This document shows positions 49,613-58,968 of a stretch of DNA of 64,000 nucleotides, in pieces (position 1 is the stretch's first letter; each line of letters opens with the position of its first letter). The translations under genes were made by a program, and so were the position numbers. Source of the stretch: an uncultured Gemmatimonadaceae bacterium (GTDB taxonomy: Bacteria; Gemmatimonadota; Gemmatimonadetes; Gemmatimonadales; Gemmatimonadaceae). The notes below the pieces were generated by a model. The model did not search any database. It saw only the letters and a list, made by a program, of their open reading frames with translations, and was not told where the DNA came from. Where the stretch lies: the NCBI GenBank assembly GCA_963843845.1, contig CAWJMB010000002.1, positions 3,104,001 through 3,168,000 of the forward strand. The letters are read 5' to 3'.

Positions 49613-51055
49613 ATGCCCCGACCGCTCGTCATCATCCTCGTCGCCGACGGCGCACGTCCCGATACGTTCGCCGCCGCGCTCGACGACGGCTCCCTGCCGG
49701 CTCTCGCCCAGCTCCGGAGTGACGGGGCACTGCACACCGTGTCGTCGGTGTTCCCGTCGGTGACGGGGCCGGCGTACGTTCCCTTCCTCATGGGCCGCTT
49801 TCCCGGGCCGGTCGGGCTGCCGGCGCTGCGCTGGTACGACCGCGCGCGGACGGCGCGCACGCGCCCGGACCACGCCCGCAGCTACGTCGGCGCGGAGTTC
49901 CGGCATCTCGACGGCGACCTCGACGCGGACGCGCCGACGATCTTCGAGCTCGCCGGCCAGTCGTTGGGCGGACTGAACGTCATCGGGCGTGGGCTCCCGC
50001 GCGGCGACAGAATCGGCGGCGGGCTGGGGTTCACGCTGCGCGGCGCGTGGACACACTTTCGCGGCGACGTCGCCGGCTGGCTCGGCGTCGATCGCGACGT
50101 CGGCGCGCGCGTCGCGCAGCGCGTGCGCGACGCGCGCGCCGGCCGACGTCCAGGCTTCGTGTTCTGCGCGCTCACCGGCGTCGACAAGATGTCGCACGCG
50201 CGCGGACACGCGGCGCCCGCGGTGCGCGACGCCCTGCGTATCGTCGACGCGACGGCGGCAGAGCTGCGCGCGGATGCCGAGCGCGGCGGGTGGTGGCACG
50301 ACACGCACCTCTGGGTCGTGAGCGATCACGGACACTCGCCCGTCCGCGCGCACGACGATCTCGCCGCCGCGTTCGCCGCATTCGGCCACCGTGTCTCCGC
50401 GCACCCACTCACCTGGCTGCCGCGCCGCGACGTCGCGGTGATGGTGAGCGGCAACGCGATGGCGCACGTCTATCTCGAGGTCGAGCAGCGCGAGCGACCG
50501 TGGTGGCCGGCGCTCGCCGCGCGGTGGGACGCGACCGTCGACGCGCTGCTCGCCCGCCCGTCGGTCGACCTCGTGCTCCTGCCGCACGACACCGATCGCT
50601 GCGAGGTGCGGTCGGCGGACCGCGGGCGCGCGTTCGTCGAGCGGCAACGACCCGGCGCGCGGAACGGGTCGCGTTACGCCTACCGCCCCGTCGACGGCGA
50701 TCCGCTCGGACTCGGCGGCGCGCACTGCGGCCTCACCGCGAACGCCGCGCACGACGTCTGTGCGGCGTCGGACTATCCGGACGCGCTCGTGCAGATCGCG
50801 CATCTCGCCGGCGCGCCTCGCAGTGGCGACGTCATCGTCTCCGCGGCGCGCGACTGGGACCTGCGCGCGCGGTGGGAGCCGATTCCGCACGTCTCGTCGC
50901 ACGGCGCGCTGCACCGCGAGCACATGGACGTGCCGCTGCTGCTGAGCCGACCGCCCGTGCGCACGCCGCGCCGCACCGTCGACGTGATGCCGAGCGCGCT
51001 CGTCGCGTTAGGCTCGGCCGTCCCGGCAGGGCTCGACGGCGACTCGTTTCTCTGA
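49613..51055 (+). CDS. Alkaline phosphatase superfamily / nucleotide pyrophosphatase-phosphodiesterase
   Basis: ILVADGAR, FPSVTGP, DKMSH, VVSDHG and SHGALHREHM. Confidence 0.82.
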   Translation: MPRPLVIILVADGARPDTFAAALDDGSLPALAQLRSDGALHTVSSVFPSVTGPAYVPFLMGRFPGPVGLPALRWYDRARTARTRPDHARSYVGAEFRHLDGDLDADAPTIFELAGQSLGGLNVIGRGLPRGDRIGGGLGFTLRGAWTHFRGDVAGWLGVDRDVGARVAQRVRDARAGRRPGFVFCALTGVDKMSHARGHAAPAVRDALRIVDATAAELRADAERGGWWHDTHLWVVSDHGHSPVRAHDDLAAAFAAFGHRVSAHPLTWLPRRDVAVMVSGNAMAHVYLEVEQRERPWWPALAARWDATVDALLARPSVDLVLLPHDTDRCEVRSADRGRAFVERQRPGARNGSRYAYRPVDGDPLGLGGAHCGLTANAAHDVCAASDYPDALVQIAHLAGAPRSGDVIVSAARDWDLRARWEPIPHVSSHGALHREHMDVPLLLSRPPVRTPRRTVDVMPSALVALGSAVPAGLDGDSFL

Positions 51056-51159
51056 CGCCGCCGTCACTCCCTGCCGAGCCCGGCCTGCGCGACCGCGCAT
51101 CACGTCGGCGAGCGACGTCGCCCGGCGGCACCGATTCCCGGCAGCCGTCGGCGCTGCGG

Positions 51160-52554
51160 CTACCCCGTCGCGACGAGCGGCGGCGCCACGACGGGCGGTC
51201 TCGCCGGCTGCCCCGCCGGCAGCGACGTCGGAGGCTCCATCGCGGTCACGTCCGGCGTCGCCGCGACCCCCACCACGCCCGGCTCGCTCGTGATCAACCG
51301 CACCCCGCGCTGCGTGGTGAGATAGGCATACGCCCACTGCACGAGCACGCTGGCCCGGTTCCGGAAGCCGACGAGGTAGAGCAGGTGCACGAACAGCCAG
51401 ACCCACCACGCGATATAGCCCGTGAGCTCGATCCGACCGATCTTCGCGACCGCTTTGTGCCGTCCGATCGTCGCGAGGTCGCCTTTGTTGGTGTAGCGAA
51501 ACGCGGTGCGGGGCGCGCCGCGGAGCGTCGCGAGAATCTGCTTCGCGGCGTGTTCTCCCATCTGGTTGGCCGCGGGCGCGACGCCTGGCACCGGATCGCC
51601 GCGATCGACGTACGCCGCGAGGTCGCCGACCGCGAACACCTCGGGGCGCCCCGGGAGCGACAGGTCGGGCTCGACGAGCACGCGCCCCGCCCGATCCACC
51701 GGCGCACCGAGCTGTCGACCGAGCGGTGAGGCGGCGTTGCCGGCCGCCCAGACCACCGTGCGCGTCGCGATCCGCTCTTCGCCCACGTAGACCGCGTCGG
51801 GCTCGATGCGAGTGACGATCGCCCCGAGTCGGACCTCGACACCCAGCTTCTCGAGGTCGCGCTGCGCGCGGTCCGAGAGCGTCTTCGGAAATGCGCCGAG
51901 CAGCCGATCACTCCCCTCGAGCAGAATGACACGGGTCTTTCCGGCGTCGATCCGGCGGAAGTCGCGGCAGAAGCCGCGCGCGGTGTCCGGCATGATGCCG
52001 GCCAGCTCGACGCCAGTCGGCCCGCCGCCAATCACGACGATCGTCTGGTACTGCGCGCGCAGCACCGGGTCCTCGGTCTTCTCCGCCAGCTCGAACGCGC
52101 TCAGGAAGCGGCGGCGGATCGCGGCGGCGTCGGCGACGCTCTTCAGGCCGGGCGCGCGCGCCTCCCACGCATCGTGCCCGAAGTACGAGTGCCGCGCCCC
52201 GGTCGCGACGATGAGGTAGTCGTAGGCCAGCGCGCGTCGCTCGTCGTCGAGATAGACCACGCGGCGGTCGACGTCGACCGTGTGCACGTCGGCCATGAGC
52301 ACGAGGACGTTCCGGTACTTCCGCAGCGCCCACCGGATCGGCACCGTGATGTCGCTCGGCGCCAGTGTCGCGGTGGCGACCTGATAGAGGAGCGGCTGGA
52401 AGAGGTGATGGTTCGTGCGGTCGACGAGCGTGACGTCCACGTCCGCGTGCTTGAACTGGCGGGCTGCCGTGAGTCCGCCGAACCCGCCGCCGAGGATGAC
52501 GACGTGCGGGCGGCGCGCGGCAACCGGGGTGTCGGACTCGTTCGATCCGTTCAT
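51160..52554 (-). CDS. ndh: Type II NADH dehydrogenase
   Basis: VILGGGFGG, HLFQPLLYQVAT, GGGPTGVELAG, WAAG and GDLATIGR. Confidence 0.9.
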   Translation of the reverse strand: MNGSNESDTPVAARRPHVVILGGGFGGLTAARQFKHADVDVTLVDRTNHHLFQPLLYQVATATLAPSDITVPIRWALRKYRNVLVLMADVHTVDVDRRVVYLDDERRALAYDYLIVATGARHSYFGHDAWEARAPGLKSVADAAAIRRRFLSAFELAEKTEDPVLRAQYQTIVVIGGGPTGVELAGIMPDTARGFCRDFRRIDAGKTRVILLEGSDRLLGAFPKTLSDRAQRDLEKLGVEVRLGAIVTRIEPDAVYVGEERIATRTVVWAAGNAASPLGRQLGAPVDRAGRVLVEPDLSLPGRPEVFAVGDLAAYVDRGDPVPGVAPAANQMGEHAAKQILATLRGAPRTAFRYTNKGDLATIGRHKAVAKIGRIELTGYIAWWVWLFVHLLYLVGFRNRASVLVQWAYAYLTTQRGVRLITSEPGVVGVAATPDVTAMEPPTSLPAGQPARPPVVAPPLVATG

Positions 52555-52579
52555 GCCCCCCGACGGGGCAAGAAGCGTG

Positions 52580-53671
52580 TCATGTGGCCGGCACGAGCGC
52601 GGCCGACGCGGTCGCGATCGCGACGGCGACCGGCTCGCCGACTCGGTGCCCGCGCCCTCGATCGTCGAGGTCGACCAGGCTGTCGTCGACCAGCGCCACG
52701 CGCAGCGTCGTGGCGCCGCCCGCGAAGTGCGCGCTGACGATCGTTCCGGGCCACGCGTTCGGCATGTCGCGCGGCGCGAGCGAGAGCATCTCGGGCCGGA
52801 GCACGGCGAGCCATGCGCCGTCGCACCGTTCGTCGGCGGCCGCAGCCGGCGCACGCACCGCCACGAGCCGCTGGGCGACCCCGGCGACGGCGACCTCGGC
52901 GCCGTCGCCGTCACGGCGCGCGGCGAGGAACGACACTCGTCCCGTACGCCGCGCGACCGTCGCCGACCGCGGGGCATCGTAGAGCGCGGCCGGCGCGTCG
53001 ACGTGCAGCAACCGCCCGCCGTGCATCACCGCGACGCGATCGGCCACGGCGAACGCGTCGTCGCGGTCGTGCGTGACGAACAGCGCCGTGACGCCGGCCG
53101 CGCGCAGCCGCCGCGCGACCGCCTCGCGCGTCTCGATGCGCAGCGCCGGATCGAGACTCGCGAACGGCTCGTCCAGCAGCAGCACGCGCGGCCCGACGGC
53201 GAGCGACCGCGCGAGCGCGACACGCTGCTGCTCGCCCCCCGACAGCGAGCGCACGTCGCGCGCGCCGTACGCGCCGAGCCCGACGCCGGCCAGCGCATCG
53301 TCCGTCCGTCGTCGCCGTTCGTCGCCCGACACCCCGCGCGCGACGACCCCGAACTCGACGTTCCCGGCGACCGTGAGGTGCGGGAACAGCGCGCCGTGCT
53401 GGAAGACCATCCCGACGCCTCGCCGCTCGGGCGCCCACCGCGTCACGTCGTCGAGCGCGCCGGACGCGCGACCGATCCAGATCGTGCCGGCGTCGGGTCG
53501 ATCGTAGCCGGCGATCATGCGGAGGAGCGTCGTCTTCCCCGCTCCGGAGTCGCCCACGATCGCGAGCAGCTCGCCTGCGTGCACATCGAGCGACAGCGCG
53601 TCGACCGCAGCCCGCTCTGCGTCGGTATGGTGACGCGTGATGGCGCGGAGCGACAGGGCCGCGGATGACAT
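52580..53671 (-). CDS. ABC transporter ATP-binding protein (FbpC/PotA-like, TOBE tail)
   Basis: GDSGAGKT, LSGGEQQR, LLLDEPF and VTHD. Confidence 0.9.
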   Translation of the reverse strand: MSSAALSLRAITRHHTDAERAAVDALSLDVHAGELLAIVGDSGAGKTTLLRMIAGYDRPDAGTIWIGRASGALDDVTRWAPERRGVGMVFQHGALFPHLTVAGNVEFGVVARGVSGDERRRRTDDALAGVGLGAYGARDVRSLSGGEQQRVALARSLAVGPRVLLLDEPFASLDPALRIETREAVARRLRAAGVTALFVTHDRDDAFAVADRVAVMHGGRLLHVDAPAALYDAPRSATVARRTGRVSFLAARRDGDGAEVAVAGVAQRLVAVRAPAAAADERCDGAWLAVLRPEMLSLAPRDMPNAWPGTIVSAHFAGGATTLRVALVDDSLVDLDDRGRGHRVGEPVAVAIATASAALVPAT

Positions 53672-53681
53672 GAGAGGACGC

Positions 53682-56287
53682 CTACCGAGATGCGCTTCCC
53701 GTCGCCCCGCCAGCGAGCAGGTTCACGAACAGCCGCGCCGCGCCGGGATTCGTCGCGAGCAGTTGGCGGGGCAGGGAGAGCGTGGTGTACGTGTACGTTC
53801 CGCGCCCGTACGGCGCGACGAGGAGGGCGCCGGGAAGTGGCGCCTCACCGGCGTCGGCGACGGCGATCGGCGTCTGCCACCGCGCGTCGAACGACGCGGG
53901 CACGAACGCCGCGCGGTCCTGCACCCACCGCATGAAGTCCTCGACCGTGATGACGTTCGGCACGCGCAGCACGCGCGCGTTCGCGTTCAGCGGAGTCACC
54001 GGCGACGCCTCCTGCGTGACGAAGGACAGCGGCCTGCCCAACGCGATCGGGAACGGCAGCACCCCCGGCTGCTCCATCATCGTCTGCCCGCCCAACGCCA
54101 CGACCGCGCCCCCCGATCGCGCGTAGCCGAACAGCCTGTCGTTCGCCGAGAGCAGGGCCGGACTCAGCTCGAACGCCCGCGGCCCGATGACGAGCGCCGA
54201 GAAGCGCGACAGGTTCGCCGTCGGGAGCGCCAGCCCGTTCGGGTCGACGAGCGTCACGGGGATGCCGAGCTCGGAGAGCTTGAGCGGCACGCCGTCGTTC
54301 GCCGACGCGACGTAGCCGACGTACGGCGACGGCGGGAACGTCACGCGCACCGCCTGGATCGTCGTGAGCGCGGGGAAGTAGCGCCGCTGCGGCGGCACGT
54401 GGTCCGCCGCGACGACCGACGCCCCCCACCCGTACTCGTCGGGGCCGACGTGGACGCGTGCGCCGACCTCGTACTCGCCCGCTTTCGGCGTCCCGCGCAG
54501 TGTGTAGGTGAGCACCCCTGTCGCACCGCCGGGGAGCGTGATCCGTCGCGTCGTCGAGTCCGCGGTGAGTCCGGGTGGCAGCTTCAGCGTGACTCTCGCG
54601 TCGCGCGTCGCGGCGTAGGCCGACTGGATCGTGAGGCGCAGCGGCCGCACGAGCGCCGTCCCCGCGCGCGCGTACTGACTCGAGTAGTCGAATCGCACGC
54701 TCACCGCCGGGACGACCGCGACGGGTCGCTCGGCGACGCGCGACGGCTCGGTCGCGCGATTCACGACCGGCGCACCGACGACCGCGTCGGCCCCGCCGAT
54801 GCGCAGCATCGCCGAGACGTAGAGCGCGCCGGCGTCGTTCGTCTCCTGCATCTCGCGCTCGCTGCGGCCGTCGATCGTCGCCGCGTACAGGTCGCCGAAC
54901 CGGCCGTTCGCCGCCCACCACGGCTGCGTGACGTACCGCGGCGCGAGGGCGAGGGTGCCGCGCCAGACGCTGTCCGGCGCCAGTTCGACCCCCGGCGACG
55001 CGCGCACATTCGCCGCGCCGGTCATCGCCACGGCCTGCACGCGCACCGGCGCGGCGCCGCGCGCGAACACGCTCACCTGCACGCGCACGCTGTCCGTCGA
55101 GTCGGCGGCCGTGGCCTGCGCGACGATCTCGCGCTCCGCGGTCGCTTCGATCGCGACGCCGCTCGCCAGCACGAGCGCGGCGCGGGCGCGGCGCCACAGG
55201 TCCTCGAGCGAGCGCGCCGCGTCCGGGTCGCCGACCGCACCGGGCGCCGTGCCGCCGGTGAGCGCCGCCGCGTGTGCCGCGACGCGCGTGAGGATCGCGA
55301 GCGGCGCCACGGCCGCCGAAGGATCGCTCGGACGGTAGGCAGCGCGCGCCGCCGCGATGAGCGGTGCCAGCGAGTCGATGCGGGCGCCGAGGTCCGCCGG
55401 ATACGTCCGCGCGTCGATCCGCGCGAGCGTCGTGTCGACGCCGTCGAACAGCGACGGCGCCTCCCCGCCCTGCGCGGCGCGCGCCTGCGCGTCGAGTCGC
55501 TCGAGACGCACGACGGTGGTGCCTAACGCGCCGCGCACGAGCCCCCCCTGCGTGCGGTGCCGCGCGCGCGCCTCGGCCCCGAGCTCGGCGTACGTGGCGC
55601 CGAGCGCGGGGAGTACTCGCCGACGTTCAGCCGCACCGTCGTGCGCAGCGCCGCGTCCGCCTCTTCGGCGCGCACGACGCGGTAGAGCGCCGTCGCCGCC
55701 CACGGCCGGCCGAACGGCAGCAGCGCGCGCGACGTGTCGCCGGCGGCGGCGAACGCTTCGCGCACGAGCCGCCCGGTCGCCTGGTGCTGCCCGTGGCCGT
55801 CGGCGGGCACGCCCTCGTAGACGGTGACGACGACGTGCGGCCGGAAGCTGCGCAGGATCGTGAGCAGGTCGGCGAGCGCGGCGCGCCCGCCCCGCGGGTC
55901 GCTCCATCGGGTCAGCGCCTCGGTGCCGGTCTTCGACGCGCCGAAGTCGTAGGCGCGCGTGAAGTACTGCTCGGCCCCGTCCACCCGCCGCGCGTCGAGC
56001 GACTCGGCCGTGCGGATCATGCCTAACGCTTCGCCGGTCTCGCTACCCGACAGGTTCGCCCCGCCCTCACCGCGCGTGAGCGACAGGTAGGCCGTGCGCA
56101 CCCGCCGACCGCGCGCGAGCAACGCGAGCAGCGCCGAGGGCTCGTCGTCCGGGTGCGCGCCGATCACGAGCACGCGGGCGCTCGTGCCGAGGCCGTCGAC
56201 GAGGGTGCCTAACGCCGCGGCGCCCCGCTCCTGTCCACGCGCGAGCGTCGGAACGGCGAGCAGCAAGGCGAGCGCGAGTCGACGCAT
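53682..56287 (-). CDS. Secreted PIG-L/LmbE family deacetylase, copy 2; frameshift near 55610
   Basis: GAHPDDE, LTRGEGGAN, DFG and GHGQHQ; C-terminal domains collinear with copy 1. Confidence 0.85.
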
Positions 56288-56303
56288 GTGGAGTGGGCTG
56301 AAG

Positions 56304-56327
56304 TTTCTACTACTCGGATAGTAGAAA
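56304..56327. promoter_or_regulatory. Palindromic operator TTTCTACTA-CTCGGA-TAGTAGAAA upstream of PIG-L copy 2
   Basis: 9-bp perfect arms; matches the CTACTA-N6-TAGTWG sites in front of both blaI genes. Confidence 0.75.
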
Positions 56328-56397
56328 GCCGCGCTCGGCGAAAATCAAGAGATGGGGGGTCCGGTCCTGCGGATCGGGCCGATGCGCCCCTCGTCTC

Positions 56398-58944
56398 CTA
56401 CTGAAGCGCCGGCCCGTTCGCAGCGAGCAGGTTCACGAACAGGCGTGCCGCGCCAGGATTGCCGGCGGGCAATTGCCGCGGGAACGAGAGCGTCGAGTAC
56501 ACCCACGTTCCCTTGCCGTACGACGCGACGAGCAGCGTCCCCCGGTTCGCGGGCTCTCCCGGATCGCTCATCGCGAGCGGCGCCTGATACGCCGGATCGA
56601 ACGACCGCAGCAGGTAGCGCGCGCGCTCCTGGATCCATCCGTCGAAGTCCGACGCGGTGATGCGGTTCGGCGTCGTGAGGACGCCCGCGGTCGGCGCCGT
56701 GATCGTCACCGGCGCGTCGGGGTGCGTCACGCGCCCGGTCGGCTGCGCGACGGCGATCGGGAACGGCGCGATCCCCGGCCGCTGCATCTCCGTCTGCCCG
56801 CTCTGCACGACCATCGTGCCCCCGTTCCTGACCCACGCGAGCAACCGCGCGTTGTTCGCGATCAGCGCATCGTTCGCGTCGTAGGCGCGCTGGCCGACGA
56901 CGATCGCCGTGTAGCGCGACAGATCGCCCGTCGCGAGCCCCGCCGCGTCGAGTATCGTGACCGGCAGCCCGAGCTCCTGCAGCATCGGCGCGACGTTGTC
57001 GCCGACGCCCGGCACGTACGCGACGTTCGCGCGCGGCGGCAGCGTCACTTGGACCGACGACAGCCGCGTCGTCGCGGGGCGGTAGAGGCGCAGCGGGCGG
57101 ATGTGGTCGTAGTCGACGAGCTGGTAGCCCTCCGCGAACGTCTCGCCCTCGCTCTCCGCGGTCGCCCGGACCGCATGCTCGCCGGGCGCCAGCGTGCCGC
57201 GCACCGTGAACGCGACGTCGGCCTGCGCGTCGTAGCGCGGCAGCGTCACGCGCCGCGTCGTCGAGTCGGCCGTCAGACCGTTCGGCAGGTGCAGCCGCAC
57301 CGTCACGTCGCGCGACGTCGGGCTCGCCGAGCGAAGGCGGACGTGGACGGTGCGTACGAGCGGCGTGTTGGCCCGCGCGTACTCGACCGCGTGGTCGAGC
57401 GTGACGGCGATGGCCGGCGCGGCCGCGATCGGACGGCGCACGTCGCCACGCACCGGGTCGGCGGTGCGGAACACGACCGGCGCTCGCACGTCGAACCCGG
57501 TGCCGGCCATGCCGTCGATGCTGACGTGGACCGGGATGCGGAAGCCGTCGTCGCGCGTCTCGGCGACGCCGACGCCGCTCGTGGGCGTGAACAGGTCGCC
57601 GCGCCGCGGCTCGACGAGCCACCACGGCTGCGTCGGCGTCTCCGCGCCATAGCGCGCCCAGCCGAGCAGTGGGCGCGCGCCGGTGAGCGGCACGGTGAAC
57701 GTCAGGCTGCTGTCGGGGAGCACGCGGGTGCCGCTGCGGAGGTCGGCGACGTCCCCGTAGCCGAGCCGCGCGTTGACGTGGCGCGCGCCGCGATTGTAGA
57801 CGGTGACGCGCGCCGTGCCCGTGTCGCCCAGCGCGATCACCTCGCGCGGCACCTCGGCCTCGACGGCCACGCCCGTCGCGAGGGCCAGCGCGTCGCTCAC
57901 CTTCCGGTCGAGCGCGCGGCCCCCTTCCGTGAGCAGACAGCCGACGAGCGCACGCGACAGCCGGTCGAGCGGCGGCACGAGCGCGTCCGGGCGCCGCGCG
58001 TCGAAGCTCTGCTGCGCGGCGCGGATCGCCGCGCCGATCGAGTCGGCGCGCGCGCGCGTGCACGTCCCGCCGCCGAGCGCGAGGGCGCCGACCGCGGTCG
58101 TGTCGATCCCGTCGAACAGATCGCGCTCGCGCGCCGCCGGCGTCCCCTCGTTCACCCGCGACGCCTCGCGCGTCAGCGAGACGATCGACACGCCCTTCCG
58201 CTCGAGCCCCCCCTGCCCCTGCGACTTGTGCTGCGTGCGGCTCTCCGCCGCGATCTCGGCGTACGACCGGCCGAGCAGCGGGTCGTACTGCCCGGCGTTG
58301 TAGCGCAGCGTCGCCGTCTCCGCGCCGCGGTAGCTGCGCGAGCGGTAGAACTTCGGCACCGCCCACGGCGCGCCGAAGGTCGCCGCCGGAAAGCGCACCG
58401 TGTCGGCCGACGCGTCGTACGCCTCGCGCGCGATGATCCCCGACGCCTGGTGGTGCCCGTGGCCGTCGGCCGGCGTGCCGCTCCAGATCGCGATGACGAC
58501 GTGCGGCCGGAAGGCGCGCACGACCTTGACCGCGTCGCCGAGCACCGCGTCGTGCGGCCAGTGCTGGAACGTCTCCTCGGCCGTCTTCGAGAAGCCGAAG
58601 TCGAACGCGCGCCCGAAGTACTGGCGGCCGCCGTCGATGCGGCGCGCGGCGAGCAGCTCCTCGGTGCGGATGGCGCCCAGCGCCTCGCCGAGCTCGTTGC
58701 CGATCAGGTTCTGCCCGCCGTCGCCGCGCGTGAGCGACAGGTACGCCGTCTCCGCGTGGCGCCCCTTCGCGAGCAGCGTGATGAGGCGCGTGTCCTCGTC
58801 GTCCGGGTGCGCGGCGATGACGAGCACCCGCGCGTGCATGCCGAGCCCGTCGACGAGACTGCCTAACGCGGCGGCCCCGCGGTCCTGGGCGGAGCTTCGT
58901 GTCGCCGCGAGCAGGAGCAACGCGGCGCAGGCGAGTCGTTTCAT
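56398..58944 (-). CDS. Secreted PIG-L/LmbE family deacetylase, copy 1 (with NEW3-like and GATase-like C-terminal domains)
   Basis: AAHPDDED, LTRGDGGQN, RTEELLAARRIDG, DFGFSK, GHGHHQ and RQLPAGNPGAARLFVNLL. Confidence 0.9.
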   Translation of the reverse strand: MKRLACAALLLLAATRSSAQDRGAAALGSLVDGLGMHARVLVIAAHPDDEDTRLITLLAKGRHAETAYLSLTRGDGGQNLIGNELGEALGAIRTEELLAARRIDGGRQYFGRAFDFGFSKTAEETFQHWPHDAVLGDAVKVVRAFRPHVVIAIWSGTPADGHGHHQASGIIAREAYDASADTVRFPAATFGAPWAVPKFYRSRSYRGAETATLRYNAGQYDPLLGRSYAEIAAESRTQHKSQGQGGLERKGVSIVSLTREASRVNEGTPAARERDLFDGIDTTAVGALALGGGTCTRARADSIGAAIRAAQQSFDARRPDALVPPLDRLSRALVGCLLTEGGRALDRKVSDALALATGVAVEAEVPREVIALGDTGTARVTVYNRGARHVNARLGYGDVADLRSGTRVLPDSSLTFTVPLTGARPLLGWARYGAETPTQPWWLVEPRRGDLFTPTSGVGVAETRDDGFRIPVHVSIDGMAGTGFDVRAPVVFRTADPVRGDVRRPIAAAPAIAVTLDHAVEYARANTPLVRTVHVRLRSASPTSRDVTVRLHLPNGLTADSTTRRVTLPRYDAQADVAFTVRGTLAPGEHAVRATAESEGETFAEGYQLVDYDHIRPLRLYRPATTRLSSVQVTLPPRANVAYVPGVGDNVAPMLQELGLPVTILDAAGLATGDLSRYTAIVVGQRAYDANDALIANNARLLAWVRNGGTMVVQSGQTEMQRPGIAPFPIAVAQPTGRVTHPDAPVTITAPTAGVLTTPNRITASDFDGWIQERARYLLRSFDPAYQAPLAMSDPGEPANRGTLLVASYGKGTWVYSTLSFPRQLPAGNPGAARLFVNLLAANGPALQ

Positions 58945-58968
58945 GTGGGGACAGAGCCGCCAGTCATC

